From: Carcharhinus amblyrhynchos
Lineage: Eukaryota
DNA: 64,000 bases
Assembly (NCBI GenBank): GCA_965287045.1
Contig: OZ336879.1
Coordinates: 49,786,001 to 49,850,000 of the forward strand
Reading direction: 5' to 3'
The notes below the pieces were generated by a model. That model was not told the origin of the DNA. It ran no database searches and was given only the letters and a program-made list of their open reading frames with translations. This document shows positions 36,050 to 50,240 of this stretch, piece by piece. A program made the position numbers and the translations under genes. Within the stretch, counting starts at the first letter, position 1, and every line of letters starts with the position of its first letter.

Positions 36050-37490
36050 ATTTGTTTTGATTTGATTTGATTTATTATTGTCACATGGATTAATATACAG
36101 AGAAGTTTTGTTTTTTGCGTGCTAGACAGACAAAACATACCATTCATAGAGAAGGAAAGGAGAGAGTGCAGAATATAGTTTTACAGTCATAGCTAGGTTG
36201 TGGAAAAAGATCAATTTATTTCAAGGTATGACCATTCAAAATTTGACAACAGCAGGGAAGAAGCTGTTCTTGAATTGGTTTGTATGTGACCTCAGAATTT
36301 TGTCTCTTTTTCCCAAAGAAAGGAGGTGGAAGAGAGAATGTCTGAGCTGCGTGGGGTTGTTATTTATGCTGGCTACTTTGCTGAGGCAGTGGGAAGTGTA
36401 GGCAGAATAAATAGATGGGAGGCTGGACTGCATGATGGACTGGGCTATATTTTTTAGTCATTCGTGGGACATGGGCGTCACTGGCTGGCAGCATTTATTG
36501 CCTATCCCTAAGAAGGTGGTGGTGAGCTGCCTTCTTCACCGCAGTCCATGTTCTATGGGTTGACTTACAATGCCTTTAGGGAGGGAATTCCAGGATTTTG
36601 ACCCAATGTATGCCTCCTAGTTCTAATTCCGTCCACGAATGGAAACAACATCCTGCTTCTATCTTTTCTATTCCCTTCATAATTTGATATGTTTCTATAA
36701 GATCCCCTGTCCTCCAGTCTTCTAAATTCTAATGAGTATATCCCCGGTGTACTCAATCTCTTCTTATAAGCCAACCCTCTCAACTCTAGTGAATCTCCTC
36801 AGCACCCGCTCTGGAGCCAGTATATTCTTTCTCAAGTAAGGAGAACGAAACTGTACATAATACTCCAGTGAATTTCCAAGTCAGGATGGTGGATATCTTG
36901 GAGGGGAGCTTGCAGGTGATGGTGTTCCCATTTATCTGCTGCCCTTGTCCCTCTAGGTGGTAGTGGTCGTGGATTTGGAAGATTCTGTCAAAGGATCTTT
37001 GATGAATTGCTGCAGTCCATCTTGTAAATAGGGTATGCACTGCTACTACTGAGTGTCGGTAGTGGAGGGATTGAATGTTTGTAGATGTGGTGCCAATCAA
37101 GCAGACTGCTTTGTCTTTGATGGTGTCAAGCTTGTTGAATGTTGTTGGAGCTGCATCCATCCAGGCAGGTGGGGAGTATTCCATCACACTCCTGACTTGT
37201 GCCTCGTAGATGGTGGATAGGCTCTGGTGAGTCAGGAGATGAGTTACTCGCTGCAGTTTTCATGATCCTTTGTAGTTTCTTACAATCTTGGGCAGAGTAG
37301 GAGCCATACTAAGCTGTAATACAACCAGAAAGAATGCTTTCTATGGTGCATCTGCAAAAGTTGGTGAGAGTTGTAGCTCATATGCCAAATTTTCCCAGTC
37401 TCCTAAGAAAGTAGAGACATTGGGGGGGCTTTCATAACTATGGTGTTGGCATGGGGGACCAGGACAGGTTGTTAGTGATCTGGACACGTA
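36050..37490 (-). mobile_element. Rex1/Babar fragment split by a second LINE (36450-37257), which itself carries an antisense CR1 piece (36610-36870)
   Basis: Rex1 sequence homologous to 5030-5630 on both sides; MEYSP.AWM.AAPTT..KLDTI.DKA motif in the middle. Confidence 0.8.
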
Positions 37491-37499
37491 AAATGGTTA

Positions 37500-38362
37500 A
37501 CATCTAAGATAGGTTAAATGGATGGGCAAGGGTCTGACAAATGGAGTACAATGCTGGTAAATGTGAGGTCATCCATTTTGGTAGGAATAACAGCAAAATG
37601 GACTAACATTTAAATTGTAAAGAATTGCAGCATACTGTTGCGCAGAGGGACCTGGGTATCCTTGTACATAAATTGCAAAAATTTGCAGGTACACCAGGTA
37701 ATTAAGAAGGGAAATGGGATTTTGTACATCATTGCTAGAGGGATGGAGATAAAAAACAATGAGGTTATGTTGCAGCTGTATAAGATGCTCATGAGGTCAT
37801 ACCTGGAGTAATGTGTACAGTTTTGTTCTTACTTGAGAAAGGATATACTGGCTCTGGATGGGGTGCTGAGGAGATTCACTAGGTTGATTCTAGAGTTGAG
37901 AGGGTTGGCTTGTAAGAAGAGACTGAGTAGACTGGGGCTATACTCATTAGAATTTAGAAGATTGGAAGAGGGGGGATCTTATAGAAACATATCAAATTAT
38001 GAAGGGAATAGATAAGCTGGAAGCGAGGAGGTTGTTTCCATTCGTGGGTGGAACTAGAACTAGGAGGCATAGCCTCAAAGTAGGGGGGAGCAGATTTAGG
38101 ACTGAGTTGAGGAGGAACTTCTTCGCCCAAAGGGTTGTGAATCTGTGGAGTTCCCTGTCCAGTGAAGCAGTTGAGGCTACCTCATTGATTGGTTTTACGG
38201 CAAAGATAGATTTTTGAACAGTAAAGCAATTCAGGATTATGGTGAGTGAGCGGGAAAGTGAAGCTAAGTCTGCTGAAAGATCAGCCATGGTCTTACTGAA
38301 TGGGGGAGTAGGCACGAGGTACCAGATGACCTACACCTCTTAGTTCGTATGTTCTTACGTTC
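37500..38362 (+). mobile_element. CR1 3' fragment
   Basis: RRFTRLI.EL, RTELRRNFF.QRVVNLW, decayed TTCTTATG tail. Confidence 0.9.
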
Positions 38363-40225
38363 AATAGAAGAAGGGGTCTTCAATGCTCCCCAGGGGATTT
38401 GAGTGCCTGTCTTTGGATATCCTACTTGGTGGAATGGAAGATTGTATATTGTAGCTTGCAGGCAGTCTTAATTAGCTTAATAGGATTTCAGATTATTGTT
38501 TTTTTTAAATCCAGCCAGAAGAAGAAGAATTAGAAATTGTATCTTTTTAATAGTGTATCCTCATAGCACCACTCTGAATAGAAAGTAGAAAATACCATAC
38601 ATATCTACAGGATAAGATTAAAGTTTAACTATGACAAGAACAAAACTTGTCCTATAACTGAACAAATCAAAGCTTGTAGAAACCACCATAATAAGGTGGC
38701 TCTGCAACATCCGATAACAACCTATTATCTACTCAATAATCCAACTTCTTAAGCAAATTAATTAACTTGTAATACAAATAGGAAATGGCATTTTACATGG
38801 TTCTCCCATTTGACCACCATTAACGTTGACAGGGGAGTAAGTAAAATCTCAGGAAAAATGGGACATGAGCACAAGATGTTTGACTGTTTCTGAATTGTCA
38901 GGTTTTTGCCAGCTGTGTCAGATTTTTCGGTGCTGTTGTTGTTATACATTTCTAAGTTGATAAGTAACATTGATGAGATGATAATTAAGTATATGTGCTG
39001 AGCCAGTTTGGTAGTTACTGGGGCAAGAGCTTTCCTTACAACAAATTAAAATTGACAATAATTAACTCAATAGTGCCAATGTCTAAAACAGCAAAGAGCT
39101 TAAAAAAAAGTTCTACTTCTGTGACTGAGCCTAAATGTCAAATTCCTATTCTGCATTCACAGTATGCTTTGGCTTGCAGACATTCAACTGATGAACTAAC
39201 AAAGGAGTAAGCTAAGTGAGGGTGAACAAAATTTACAACTCGTACCAAAGCCAATTTAATTAAGAAAGTTGAACAAGTAACTATCAAAAAATAATAGATC
39301 AATTGTTCTTGTCACTTACACAAGTTTAATTATGGCATCACAAACTGAGTGCAAGTAAGGACACTTGATTTTCTAAAAATCCTATCTTGCTATTACATTT
39401 TTATCCTGTACCAGTAAAGGATTAATATTATCACTCACCATTAGTTACGCATCACTTGCAATGTGACACACCAGAATCACTTCCAACATTCCAAGTTAAT
39501 CCCATGAAATAAAAATCCACTACTGCAGATAGGACCAATTGAAAACTAGTCTTATCATTGGCAGAGAGACTAACTGACAAAATACTCAAGGGATTACTTC
39601 ACGTCTGCTATTATTATCTCACTGCTTCCAAACAAATACTTTGGCATGTGTCACTGCTTCTTGGATGCACATTGCAATCCTTTTGGGCTACAGTGTGGAG
39701 CTGCAAATCAGTCATTATAGCCAAGCTGCTGCGCACTGATACTTTAATTAACGAATTATCGTTCCAAATATGTGACCATTCTATATAAAATTTACTGAGA
39801 CATTGAGTAGTCACTGGGCTGATTATCGGGAAATTATATATGATTGTCCACAATTTTCCATCCACTGTAATGAAAGGTTCACCCACGATCTTTCCTATGC
39901 ACCCCAAATAAATTCTTAGAACTGAAACAATGCTTAAAGCGCACATTTGGTTTCTTTCACTGTTTCTCAACATTCTTAGTTTCCAATGCTAGTATGAACC
40001 AGCAGAAAAATCAAAATAATTCATTGAGGCATGGTAAAAAATTGGACTGGAATCCACGTTGAAGAGATTTGGATTGGTATTCGATGTGTCTTATAAATGG
40101 ATTACTGGTGAAAGAGAGACTCAGAAATAGGTCAGATGTTGCAAATACCCAAAAGAAAGTCTGTAAACATTGCCAGAAGTCTGGAATAAATTGTAATCAA
40201 GCAAGTTCAAAATTAAAGGCCGGAT

Positions 40226-40546
40226 AACATAAGAACATAAGAACATAAGAAATAGGAGCAGGAGTAGGCCAACTAGCCCTTCGAGCCTGCCCCGCCATTC
40301 AATAAGATCATGGCTGATCTGTCGTGGCTCAGTTCCACATTCCCGCCCTCTCCCCATAACCCTTAATCCCCTCTCTCATCAAAAACCCATCAACCCGCGT
40401 CTTAAAAATATTTAGCGAGGCAGCCTCCACCACTTCAACGGGCAGAGAATTCCAGAGATTCACCACCCTTTGAGTGAAGAAGTTCCTCCTCAACTCCGTT
40501 CTAAACCGCCCCCCCTTTATCTTGAGGCTATGCCCCCTAGTCCTAC
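40226..40546 (-). mobile_element. Young CR1 3' end, same subfamily as 14286-15280
   Basis: (CATAAGAA)n tail; near-identical to 14960-15280. Confidence 0.92.
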
Positions 40547-42816
40547 TAAAGTGAATCTTCTGGAGAAGTTTTACTTCAAAACAGGGAAAAGGGCAGGTGT
40601 CCAATTTCTGTTCTGCCAAACATGTTACATAACTAACAATGGAAACAAATCTGTATGTTTATGAGATGCACAGCAGAAAAGTTGCTGAAGTATAGCTTTG
40701 TGCGCTTGCTCATAAGCTAATCAGGCTATCTACATTCCTCTACCATTGTAGACATTGAATGATGTTAGCAGTAAAATTACTGTTGACAAATTTTCTTACG
40801 TTAATAGCCAATGCAAACTTTTTTCCTGTAATCCCTTCCAGTTGAAAACAATAATCAAGAATAGTTATCTTGAATAAATTATGACAAAGAGACCCAAGAA
40901 ACAAACATTTTTAAGCCCTGATGTAACTCGGTGTTCTAACCCATATGTAGTTGGACTACTTGATGGTGTGTTTTGTTTTATCAGCAACTTGTATTTCTAT
41001 ATATAATATTGTCATAGACAGGATGGAGGAGTTAATTAAAATAACATTAATTTCTCCTCTCATTAATCGTCTGTACAGAAAAGTGTTTTGATTTTTTCCT
41101 CTTTATAAACAGTGGTGCATTTCCTCAACTTCTTTGTTTTTGTATGTTCCAATTATATATAAATAACCCCACAGCAAACTCCAGAGAGGATGAATTCAAA
41201 GAGTTAGTTAGTTTATCTGCATACATTCAAAACACAGGAGGAAGGATTGCAGCATTGCCCTCACATCAGACAATAGAGAGAGACAGAGAAAGAAAAGGAT
41301 TTACAGTACAGAGACATTAATATTGGCTTATGTGGGTACCGGAGTTCAGATCAAAGTCCAATGAGTTATTCTTATATGGGGGCCAATGGGCTGAAAATCG
41401 ATGCTGTAGAATTAAATTTTCTGGTGGTGTTGATTTAACAAACTGAGATAGGCATACAGAGTTGAATCAGTCTTGTAGGCACTGGTACAGAATTTCTAGG
41501 ATAAGTAGTTTTATTTGAATTATTATTGTCACGTGTATTGGTGTACAGTGAAAAATATTGTTTCTTATCTGCTATATAGACAAAGCATACCATTCAAGCA
41601 ATGTAGATGAGGCCAAATGTTTTACCTGGGCAGAGCTCTTTGTCTGTGAGGCTGTTAGTCTGATGATAAAGACAAGACTGAGAAATTCAACTCACGATGT
41701 CACATGAACTTCACCTCTCCACCCAGTCTCCCACAATGGATATGTGTCCATTGTCTGAAATCCTGCTGAATTTTGAAGATTGGTAAACGTTTCAGTCATT
41801 AAGAATTGAAAGGAAGTTTGCTGGGCCTTTTGTCATGACAGATCATCAATAAGAAAGCAACAAAACTACTGAATTAAATTATAGAAACCTTTAACTCTTC
41901 CAATACCATAGAGATTTTTTCAGTTTGCAATTCGGCATTTAAGCCACTTACATAAAAATATTTATAGTATTAATGAACAGTACTTTAGTACTGAGTATTG
42001 TCCTGTAAATTAAAATCATACTGTAGAAAATATTCTGGCCATGATTCACTGGGACCACGAGCCACAAGCAGGGATTCTGATGGCCCTATTGAATCAGCTG
42101 TCGGGCCTAAACTGGGGATTCCCAGCGGATGGCAAACCCGTCGCAATACTCCCAACCCATCTTACCACCCTGATTAGATTCCCACCCACTTTGGATGAAT
42201 ATTCATCTGTGAGAAGCCCACTGGCCGGGCTTTGGTCCAGGCCCTGTCGAAGATGGACCTGGCACCTTGTACTCTGAGGAGATAGAGACGTAAGTGCTAT
42301 GCTCCTCTGTCACTACTAGGCTGCTAAGTGAGCGTTCTCCAAGGGACCTAGGGATTGGGTGGGCTTGGGCTGGGGGGAAGGGGTTGATCTCAGGACTCTG
42401 CCCTGTGATGGTGGTCTAATGGCTACACTTGCCCTTGTTGCCTTGGGGAAGGCAGTGATCACTTTTAGGATGGCGATTTCAGACATCATTCTGGGGTAAG
42501 GTTTTCATTATTGTCCCTGTCCTTTAAAACATTGAAATGTGGTAATTCCTTTGATATCCATGCCTCACGGCCACTTGGAGCTCTTCAAAATCACTGCAGC
42601 ACTGCATTCAACATTAGGGATTGGTCTGGGTGTTAAAAGAATTATTTAAAGTGATATTTTGGAAATGACCTATGCTGGAGATCCCCTTGCTTTCTCTCAT
42701 AACCCACAGCTGCTCTAAAACCCATTTGAAATGCTTTGCTGGTCACTTTCACTGGGGAATTACCTCTGAACGTTGAGAGGTATCTGAATACTTTAAGGTG
42801 GTTTGATTGACAGGCA

Positions 42817-43583
42817 TGGATTACTTACCCATTAGAAAAGAGCCTTGTTTGTTTTTCTTCCCCTTCCCGGCTAAATGGATTTTGAGTGCTTTGTAAATAT
42901 TGCAGTTGGAAAAGAGAAAGTGAAACCGAGGAAAATATCCAACCTGTCAATCAAAGATTGAAGAGCTATAAACATTGAGGTTTGGAATAAGGACAGCAGG
43001 ATTGACAGTGTCGCTTCATATTGACTGATCTTTCTGTGTTTTAACAAATGGGTTTTCTAACAGCTCAGGCTTTTTTTGCCATCCTCAGCCCTAGAGTTCA
43101 AGTTGCCCCTGCTCACTTGGATGACCTCACCTTGCTGCTGGCTCAGGCTATAGTACGGCCTCACCCATGGTTTCCCAGCCCTCCTCAGCACTGGCTTGTG
43201 GGTAAAGTTATCCCTGCTGCTGCTGTCCTTGACCATGACAACATTGGCTTACCTTATCGCTGTCTCTGGCTGCCTGCTCAGCTATCTGGCCTCGCTTCAC
43301 ACTTGATTACTCAGCCCGTCTCAAGTCACCTTGAGGGGGGGAGGCCTCCTCACTTCATCCTCAGCTCATTGCCCAATACTTGATTCAAAACCCCCTCCCT
43401 GCTTCCCTCAAAAACTAGCAGCTCTTCCTCCTTTGCCCTCAGACCCCTTAAGGTAAGCTCATTGACACTGTCAGGCTACCTGCCTGACAATCTGGCCCTC
43501 TCAGGCCGCTGGTCCTTGTCAGAAATTTTTGCTGTTTTTTAAATATTTTTTGATATCCATCCATCCTAGTCAACCTTGACTGG

Positions 43584-43621
<38 letters not shown>

Positions 43622-44321
43622 CAAAGGTTCTGTTGGCCTCGACAACTGTCAGCCAGCGCCTGAATCCTTGCTTGGCACTCACAGGCTTGCTCCCCCCAAG
43701 TCAATCTTGATAACCTTGCTGTTGGTTAAGGCTGCCTGTCTGGCTGTCCAGCCTGCTCAGCCCTGGGTTAGAAATTTGGCTGCTTCTTTTTAATAAAAAT
43801 AATTTTCAGGCGAGGGGCTGAGACAGTCTGGGTAATCGAGTGTGAGGTGAGGCCAGATAGCTAAGCAGGCAGCCTGAGACAGCAATAAGATAAGCTAAGG
43901 TTGTCACGACGAGGACAGCAGCAGCACGGCTAACTCTACCCCCCGGCCGGGGCTGAGGAGGGTTGGGAAACCATGGGTGAGGCCGTACCGTAGCCTGAGC
44001 CAGCAGCAAGATGAGGTCATCAAGTTGAGCAGGGGCAACTTGAACTCCAGGGCTGAGGATGGCAAAAAAAAGCCTGAGCTGTCAGAAAATCCTTTTGTTA
44101 AAATACAGAAAGATCAGTCTATATGAAGTGACACCATCAATCCCAAGTACTGTCCTTATTCCAAACCACAATGTTTAAAGCTATTCAACCTTTGATTGAC
44201 AGGTTGGATCTTTTCCTTGGTTTCACTTCCTCTTTCCCAACTGCAACATTTTCAAAGCACTCGCAATCCATTTAACCATGAAGGGAAAAACAAGGCTCTT
44301 TTCTAGTGGTTAAGTAATCCA
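42817..44321. repeat. Long inverted repeat, ~505-bp arms (42817-43323 and 43819-44321) around a ~495-bp spacer
   Basis: Colinear reverse-complement match along both arms, e.g. CAGCTCAGGCTTTTTTTGCCATCCTCAGCCCT vs AGGGCTGAGGATGGCAAAAAAAAGCCTGAGCTG. Confidence 0.93.
43585..43619 (+). repeat. Poly-G homopolymer (~35 nt)
   Basis: Read directly from the sequence. Confidence 0.9.
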
Positions 44322-44546
44322 AATCATCAGCACCTCTCAATGATCTTGGATAATGTTTTCCCACTCTAAGGGGACTTCACCAATCTGAACCCAATGTTGC
44401 TTTGCATTGCCTGCTGATGGACTCAAGAAACACAAATGAGCCTATCAGCAAATTCAGTTATTAGGCTCTGACTGGTGCCCCCAATGAGACAACCTTCCAC
44501 CCCTTCACCACCCATTGTGTCGGCCTTGTGCCAAGGGATGTATAGA

Positions 44547-44908
44547 GGAGGCGATGACCTAGTACTATTATCATTAGACTATTAATCCAAAAACTCAGCT
44601 AATGTTTTGGAGGCTTGAGTTTGAATCCCACCACAGCAGATGGTGGAATTTGAATTCAATAAAAAAAATCTGGTATTAAGAATCTACTGATGACCATGAA
44701 ACCATTGCCGATTATCAGAAAAGTCATCTGGTTTGCTAATGTCCTTTAAGGAAGGAAATCTGCCATCTTTACTCAATCTGGCCTACATGTATCTCCAGAG
44801 CCATAGTAATGTGGTTGACTCTTAACTCCCCTCCAAGGGCATCTAGAGATGGGCAATAAATGCTGGCCCAACCATTGATGCCCATCTCCCACGAATGAAT
44901 TAAAAAAC
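44547..44908 (+). mobile_element. tRNA-derived SINE with GGGCAATAAATGCTGGCC...ATGAAT LINE tail
   Basis: A/B box head (TTTGAATCCCACCAC); second copy at 57095-57432. Confidence 0.85.
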
Positions 44909-45104
44909 ATATGTTTCATTGTAAGTCTGCTGCTTCTGAGTACAAGACCACACTCTCAACAGATGGGAAGCAACAGCAGAAAAATGCTGATTGGTTCAAG
45001 GCTATATCACTGTGATGGAACCTCTCATTGAAGCCAAGCAGTCCAAGCTCACAAATTACAAGACAAATCCAAGAGAAACTCTAAGATCCCCTGGATCTTC
45101 TGGG

Positions 45105-45710
45105 GACCATATCCCTCTATTCCCATCCTATTCATGTATTTGTCAAGATGCCCCTTAAAAGTCGCTATCATATCTACTTCCACTACCTCCCCCAGCAACA
45201 TGTTCCAGGCACCCACCACCCTCTGTGTAAAAAATCTGCCTCATACATCTCCTTTAAACCTTGCCCCTCGCAACTTAAACCTGTGCCCCCAGTAATTGAG
45301 TCTTTTAAGTATCCACTCTGTCCATGCCTCTCATAATCTTGTAGGCTTCTATCAGGTCTCCCCTCAACCTCCGTCATTCCAGTGAGAACAAACCAAGTTT
45401 CTCTAACTTCCCCTCATAACTGATGCCCTCCATACCAGGCAACATCCTGGTTAATCTTTTCTTGACCCTCTCCAAATCCTTTAAATCCTTCTGGTAGTGT
45501 GGCAGCCAGAATTGAACACTGTATTCCAAGTGCTGTTCTAAAAGCTGCAATGTGACTTACCAATTTTTAAACTCAATGCCCCAGCCAATGATGACAAGCA
45601 TGCCAAATGCCTTCTTGATTACCTTCTCCACCTACATTACCACTTTCAGTGACCTGTGTACCTGTACACCAAGGTCTTTTTGCCTATCAATACTCTTAAG
45701 CGTTCTGCCA
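45105..45710 (-). mobile_element. CR1 3' fragment
   Basis: Reverse complement of the 34200-34830 type. Confidence 0.85.
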
Positions 45711-46365
45711 GAGCTTTCAGTTTCGCTTATGGCAATCAGATGATAGGTTTGTTTTTGTTTTGGGCTTTCAGATTCATTTTGGGAATTGCGTTGGAGATAG
45801 TTTAGCAGCAAGGTAAGAAGCCATCTCTCTCTTTTTCTCTCTCTCTCCTTATTCTTCTCTTTGTTTCATTCTGAAACTATTATCAGTAAGTTGAAGGGGA
45901 GGCTTATTGCCATCCTGGCTAGAGAACTGTGTTTTGGGAAACAGATTCGACTGCAACCTCTTCTGAGTTTCTTCACAAGGAATTTTCAGCATTCGGCTCA
46001 GGAGGCTTGATTCCTGTAACAAATGGGCATTAACCTATGCTGTATTGTGCTTGTTTAGAGGGTTTTGTGTATTGGGTGCTGGCTTTGCTTGGAACACATT
46101 AGAGATATTCCTTAAGAGCTGTACATTATCGTGTTTTTTTGTGTTTCTTCTTTGTAATTGTTAAAAATTCTTGCTAAGTGTCTTACTATACATGTCAACA
46201 ATATCCTTAATTAAACTTTGCTTTTGATAAAAACTCCTCGTGGGTCAGTTGAATCACACCCGAAGTGAAACCTCTTGTGCTCATCCTAGCCAAATTCAAC
46301 ATAAAATGTTACAGGTCAGGTGAGCTTCATAGATCACCTTGAAATATCCAGCCTGACTGGTAACA
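45711..46365 (+). mobile_element. Probable LTR remnant
   Basis: Non-coding, polyA-signal-like motif, ends ...GGTAACA just before MITE sequence resumes. Confidence 0.4.
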
Positions 46366-48056
46366 CTGCCCAAGGGGCATCCCCCTTGCCCTTGGCCTCA
46401 TTTGGGGAGCCTCAATGGCCTCCAATTCTACTGGCAAGGCCAACCCGACCGTTCCCCATTCATGGGGAGCAAGTGTTTTCCTTGCCAGAGAGAACCTCTC
46501 CCAAAGAAGCCATAAAAGCAAGTGAGCCCGGACGATTGATTACCAATTGGACACATGCAAATACACATTTAAATATATTTAAGTAAATTATTCAGCTTCT
46601 CAATGGAAATGGGTGAGGGGCTGAGCACACCGGAAATCTGGTTCCGATAAGACCCCGAGAGCTGAGAAATTGGGCACGATCCTGATTTCTCAGCTCTCAT
46701 GCGATTTTACCCACTCACTCTGGCCATGGGTGAGATGGGCCGGTAAAATCATGGCCTTTGTGTTATTATACATCCTACCTCACAGAATCAATTAAATGCT
46801 GAAAAGATGTAAGATATATCTTTGGACAAGTTATTCAGTGTGTATGCATTTGAAGAACAGGTTACATTTCTAAGAGCATAGACATTCACATTGGTATTTG
46901 GTGAAATTAGGTAACTTTGCACACATAATAACATGCTCATCTGTGGTTACACATGGTGTTTGTGTATCTGTATAAGATTCATTTATGTATGTATCTATTT
47001 GATGTGATATTCATCGGAAGTGAAAATTATTCCAGAGAAAATCTTTTCAAGCAAACACATCATAAGCACCCACCTGGAGCTGAATCACATCTGGCCTTCT
47101 GGTCATAATAGATTTGCCTGGGTGGCACATATGGTTTTTCCATTTCCGATATTGCTCCAGGGACCTGATCAATTTGGTCACTAACTGAAAAGGCATTTCA
47201 AATTACATAAGAGTTGAACCCTGTAGAGTTCATTAATTCTTATCTGGCCTCCAAATTGTTTGAGGTCATCCTTTGAATTTAAATGAAAGACTTGCAAATT
47301 AGCCTGATGTTGCACATTACACTTGAATAATGCAACAGTTTAAACTAAAAACAAGGTTAGAAGTCATATGTTATTTTGTTTTAGTGCATAATTAGACACA
47401 ACTTAAAAAAAAGCTCTATAGCTGTAATTCAGATTGATTTCCCCTGTAAAGAAAAAGAACCAGAAATCAGATTGCCACTTTTTTGGGTCTGGGAAAAGGA
47501 TTTGTGACCTGCCTATGCCCGTTCAGATTGAGGTGAGAAGCACACAAATTTGGTCTACCCATTTCACCTGAATGATTTTAACAATGGGCTGAGCAGAACC
47601 CACACTACTCTCTTCTTAAATGTTGCCTGTACAATCAATGACTCCACCAACAACATTGTCGTTGCCTGTCAGCTGGCCAGCCAAGACTGCTGCCATTCAA
47701 CACTGTCCAAAGCCAAGCGTCAAAGGCCCAGAGCAGCTCAACAGCTTCTGCGAGGCCATCTGCCTTGCTGCAGCTAATGAGGTAGCACTTAACAACACCA
47801 GGACAGGCACTGAGGGAATGTGCAAAGTTAATTTCTGTAGTATAATTGATTGTGTTGTATAGAGGTATGTAACTTCGCCAGGCTTCTTTCTTAAAGAGAA
47901 ATTTCTTTGAAAAGGAGACTGCACTGCTGAAGTGAAGGCTACTGGTCAATGGGAGTGGAAGACTGCGTGCAAAGGAATGGTTCAGCTGACAAGGGAGAAG
48001 GGTTCCCAGATTCAGTGCACATGTTGAGAGCACATACAATGCAGAAGAGAGATGAT

Positions 48057-50240
48057 GGGTGGAATCTAATTCTGCTCCCGAGAGTGGGAAATGTGAGTGG
48101 CAGCGCTAAATTATGCGGCAGATCAAATGTCAGTTTCCCAAAGGCAGGATGAAAGTTGGAATTTAAGTTGGTGGCAGATTAAAATTGGATCATGATTCAC
48201 AAAGGCAGTCAGCTAGAATCCATTTTTAATGCATTAGCATGTCTGACATTTTCATTAAATCTATGATCACCAGATGAAATTTTACTTTTGCAATTATATT
48301 GCCTTAACATGAGAAATGAATGCCTTCAGATTGACAACTGGTTAAAGGTGGTGTGCAGCAGGCGAGGTAGTCTTCTGGTGGACTTGGAGTGAGTAGGAGC
48401 TGCTTTTCTTATATGTGGAGCTTATTTGGATAAGAGGCAGGATGCTGAGCTGTTGCATTGAGCTCAGGAAGTGGCTGTCCAGGGAAGTCAGGGCATGACT
48501 GGCCATAGAGGGAGGGAAGGTCATGGTGGTCGAAGAAGGGTCATGGGGGTACAGAGGGAGAGAGTTTGATGACAGGGGGAAGATCAATCTCTAAGGTAGA
48601 TAAAGGATGATAGAGAATACATAAAGGGTGATTGAAGGCAGGCCAGTCGGGAGTTTGGGAAAGATGAGAGGCCAAGTCTAAGTACATGGAGTGAGGATCA
48701 AAGATAACAATGGGCAGGTTGAGGGTGATGGCGGCAGGTTCAGGGTGCCAAGAGGGTCGTGAAGGATAGCAGGATGGTGATGAGGGGTATCTTTAGTTTG
48801 ACATACAGTTGATTGAGTTTAGGGTGAATTAGGGAAGATGAAAGGTGACTGAAAGATGATGGAAAGTGATGGCTTGCAACTCCAGTATCAGAATGGAAGT
48901 ATCCTGTGACAACCAGAAGAGGTGGCTGGAGACAGATTGAAGGAGGAATTGACCCTATTGGGGTGTATGGAAACCAGAATGTGTTCAACATATAGCAACA
49001 GAGCTCCCATTGGTCTTCAGTCACCAGGTCAGGAAAGAAGGCCAAATAAGCTGCGCTGCCTCGATCTTTACCAGCCTTCTGTCTGCAGGTATCTTCAGGC
49101 AGGCAGAACTTGTCTTGTGTACCCAGTGTTTTTTGACACTGTGGAGGAGGAGAAGACAAGCAGGGATTAGCCCAGGACCAGGCACAGCAACTGCCACAGA
49201 GGCCACAAGGGACAGCAAAAGAGAGTCCACAGCTCACGGTGCTGTGAAACAAGAGCCAGTGCGACACTGAGCAATGACGCATAATCAAATATACAAGTGG
49301 AGTAATTACCTGTCCATTTGCTACGTTAAAAACAACTGAAGATGCCACAGCAGTCAGTCACTGACCAATGCTATCTCCTGATCCATAGAATAGGAGGCAA
49401 TCCTTTGTCAATTAAAGGAATGAGTCACCACAGCCTTGAATGTCTTTGCCACTTGGTAATTGGAGTGGTCCACTGGGAGACATAAGTGGCATCTCCCAGT
49501 CAGCCACAAACAGATACATAAGGCAATCTATGTTCAAAAGGGATGATGATTTCATTCAATTCACCGCACACAGCCCAGAGCTGTTGATTCAGCTACAAAA
49601 CTAGATTTACCAAAGTATAAAGGGCAATTGATTGCACACATTCAGCCCTGAAAGCTCCCTGTGAAAAGCCAGCAGCGTTCAAAAACTAAAAGGGGTCTCT
49701 CATTCCATCAGTGTGCAGCTGGTTTGTGATCACTGGAAATGAATCCTGCAGTCTGCTCATTTCCCAGGGAGCTCTTATGCCTTATACATTCCCACTGACT
49801 CTCAGGCACCTCAATAACAACTGGGTTAAAGGAGCTACTTTCAGAAGACCTGCCTCATGACACCTGTATAGAACTCACAAAACCCCGTGGCAGAGAGATA
49901 TAATGCCATCTATGGCTCCACAGAATAGCAATAAAACAGACCAGTGGATAGCTGAAGATGAGCTGCCTGAACCACGCAGGCATCGTGATGCAGTACATCC
50001 CACAGAGAGACTCTCAGATCATTAGGATCTGCTACACCTATATGACCTAATGCAGTGTAAGCATAAGAAATTGCCAACTGGGGAATGGGGGAGCTAGATT
50101 CATCCTCAGACAACGATGAAGGGAAAAAATCAGAAGACCCTGAGGTGTTGTATGGTATGGTTCCAGCTGCAGATGCCAGAGCAACATGCCAGTTAGGCCT
50201 GTGACATCTTCAATGAAACACAATTTCAGCCAGGGTGAGG
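48057..50240 (+). mobile_element. Old Harbinger relic with transposase remnants
   Basis: VTTALNVFAT, AIDCTH.ALKAP, SISVQLVCDH, FPGSS, RYNAI at 49420-49920. Confidence 0.75.

Larger units (their letters stand above)
42037..46756. mobile_element. Harbinger-type non-autonomous element hosting several nested insertions
   Basis: Termini GGCCATGATTCACTGG / CCGGTAAAATCATGGCC. Confidence 0.5.

Noticed and set aside
36610-38070. Inverted match between 36610-36870 and 37803-38070
   Set aside because: Explained by two CR1 copies of one subfamily in opposite orientation.
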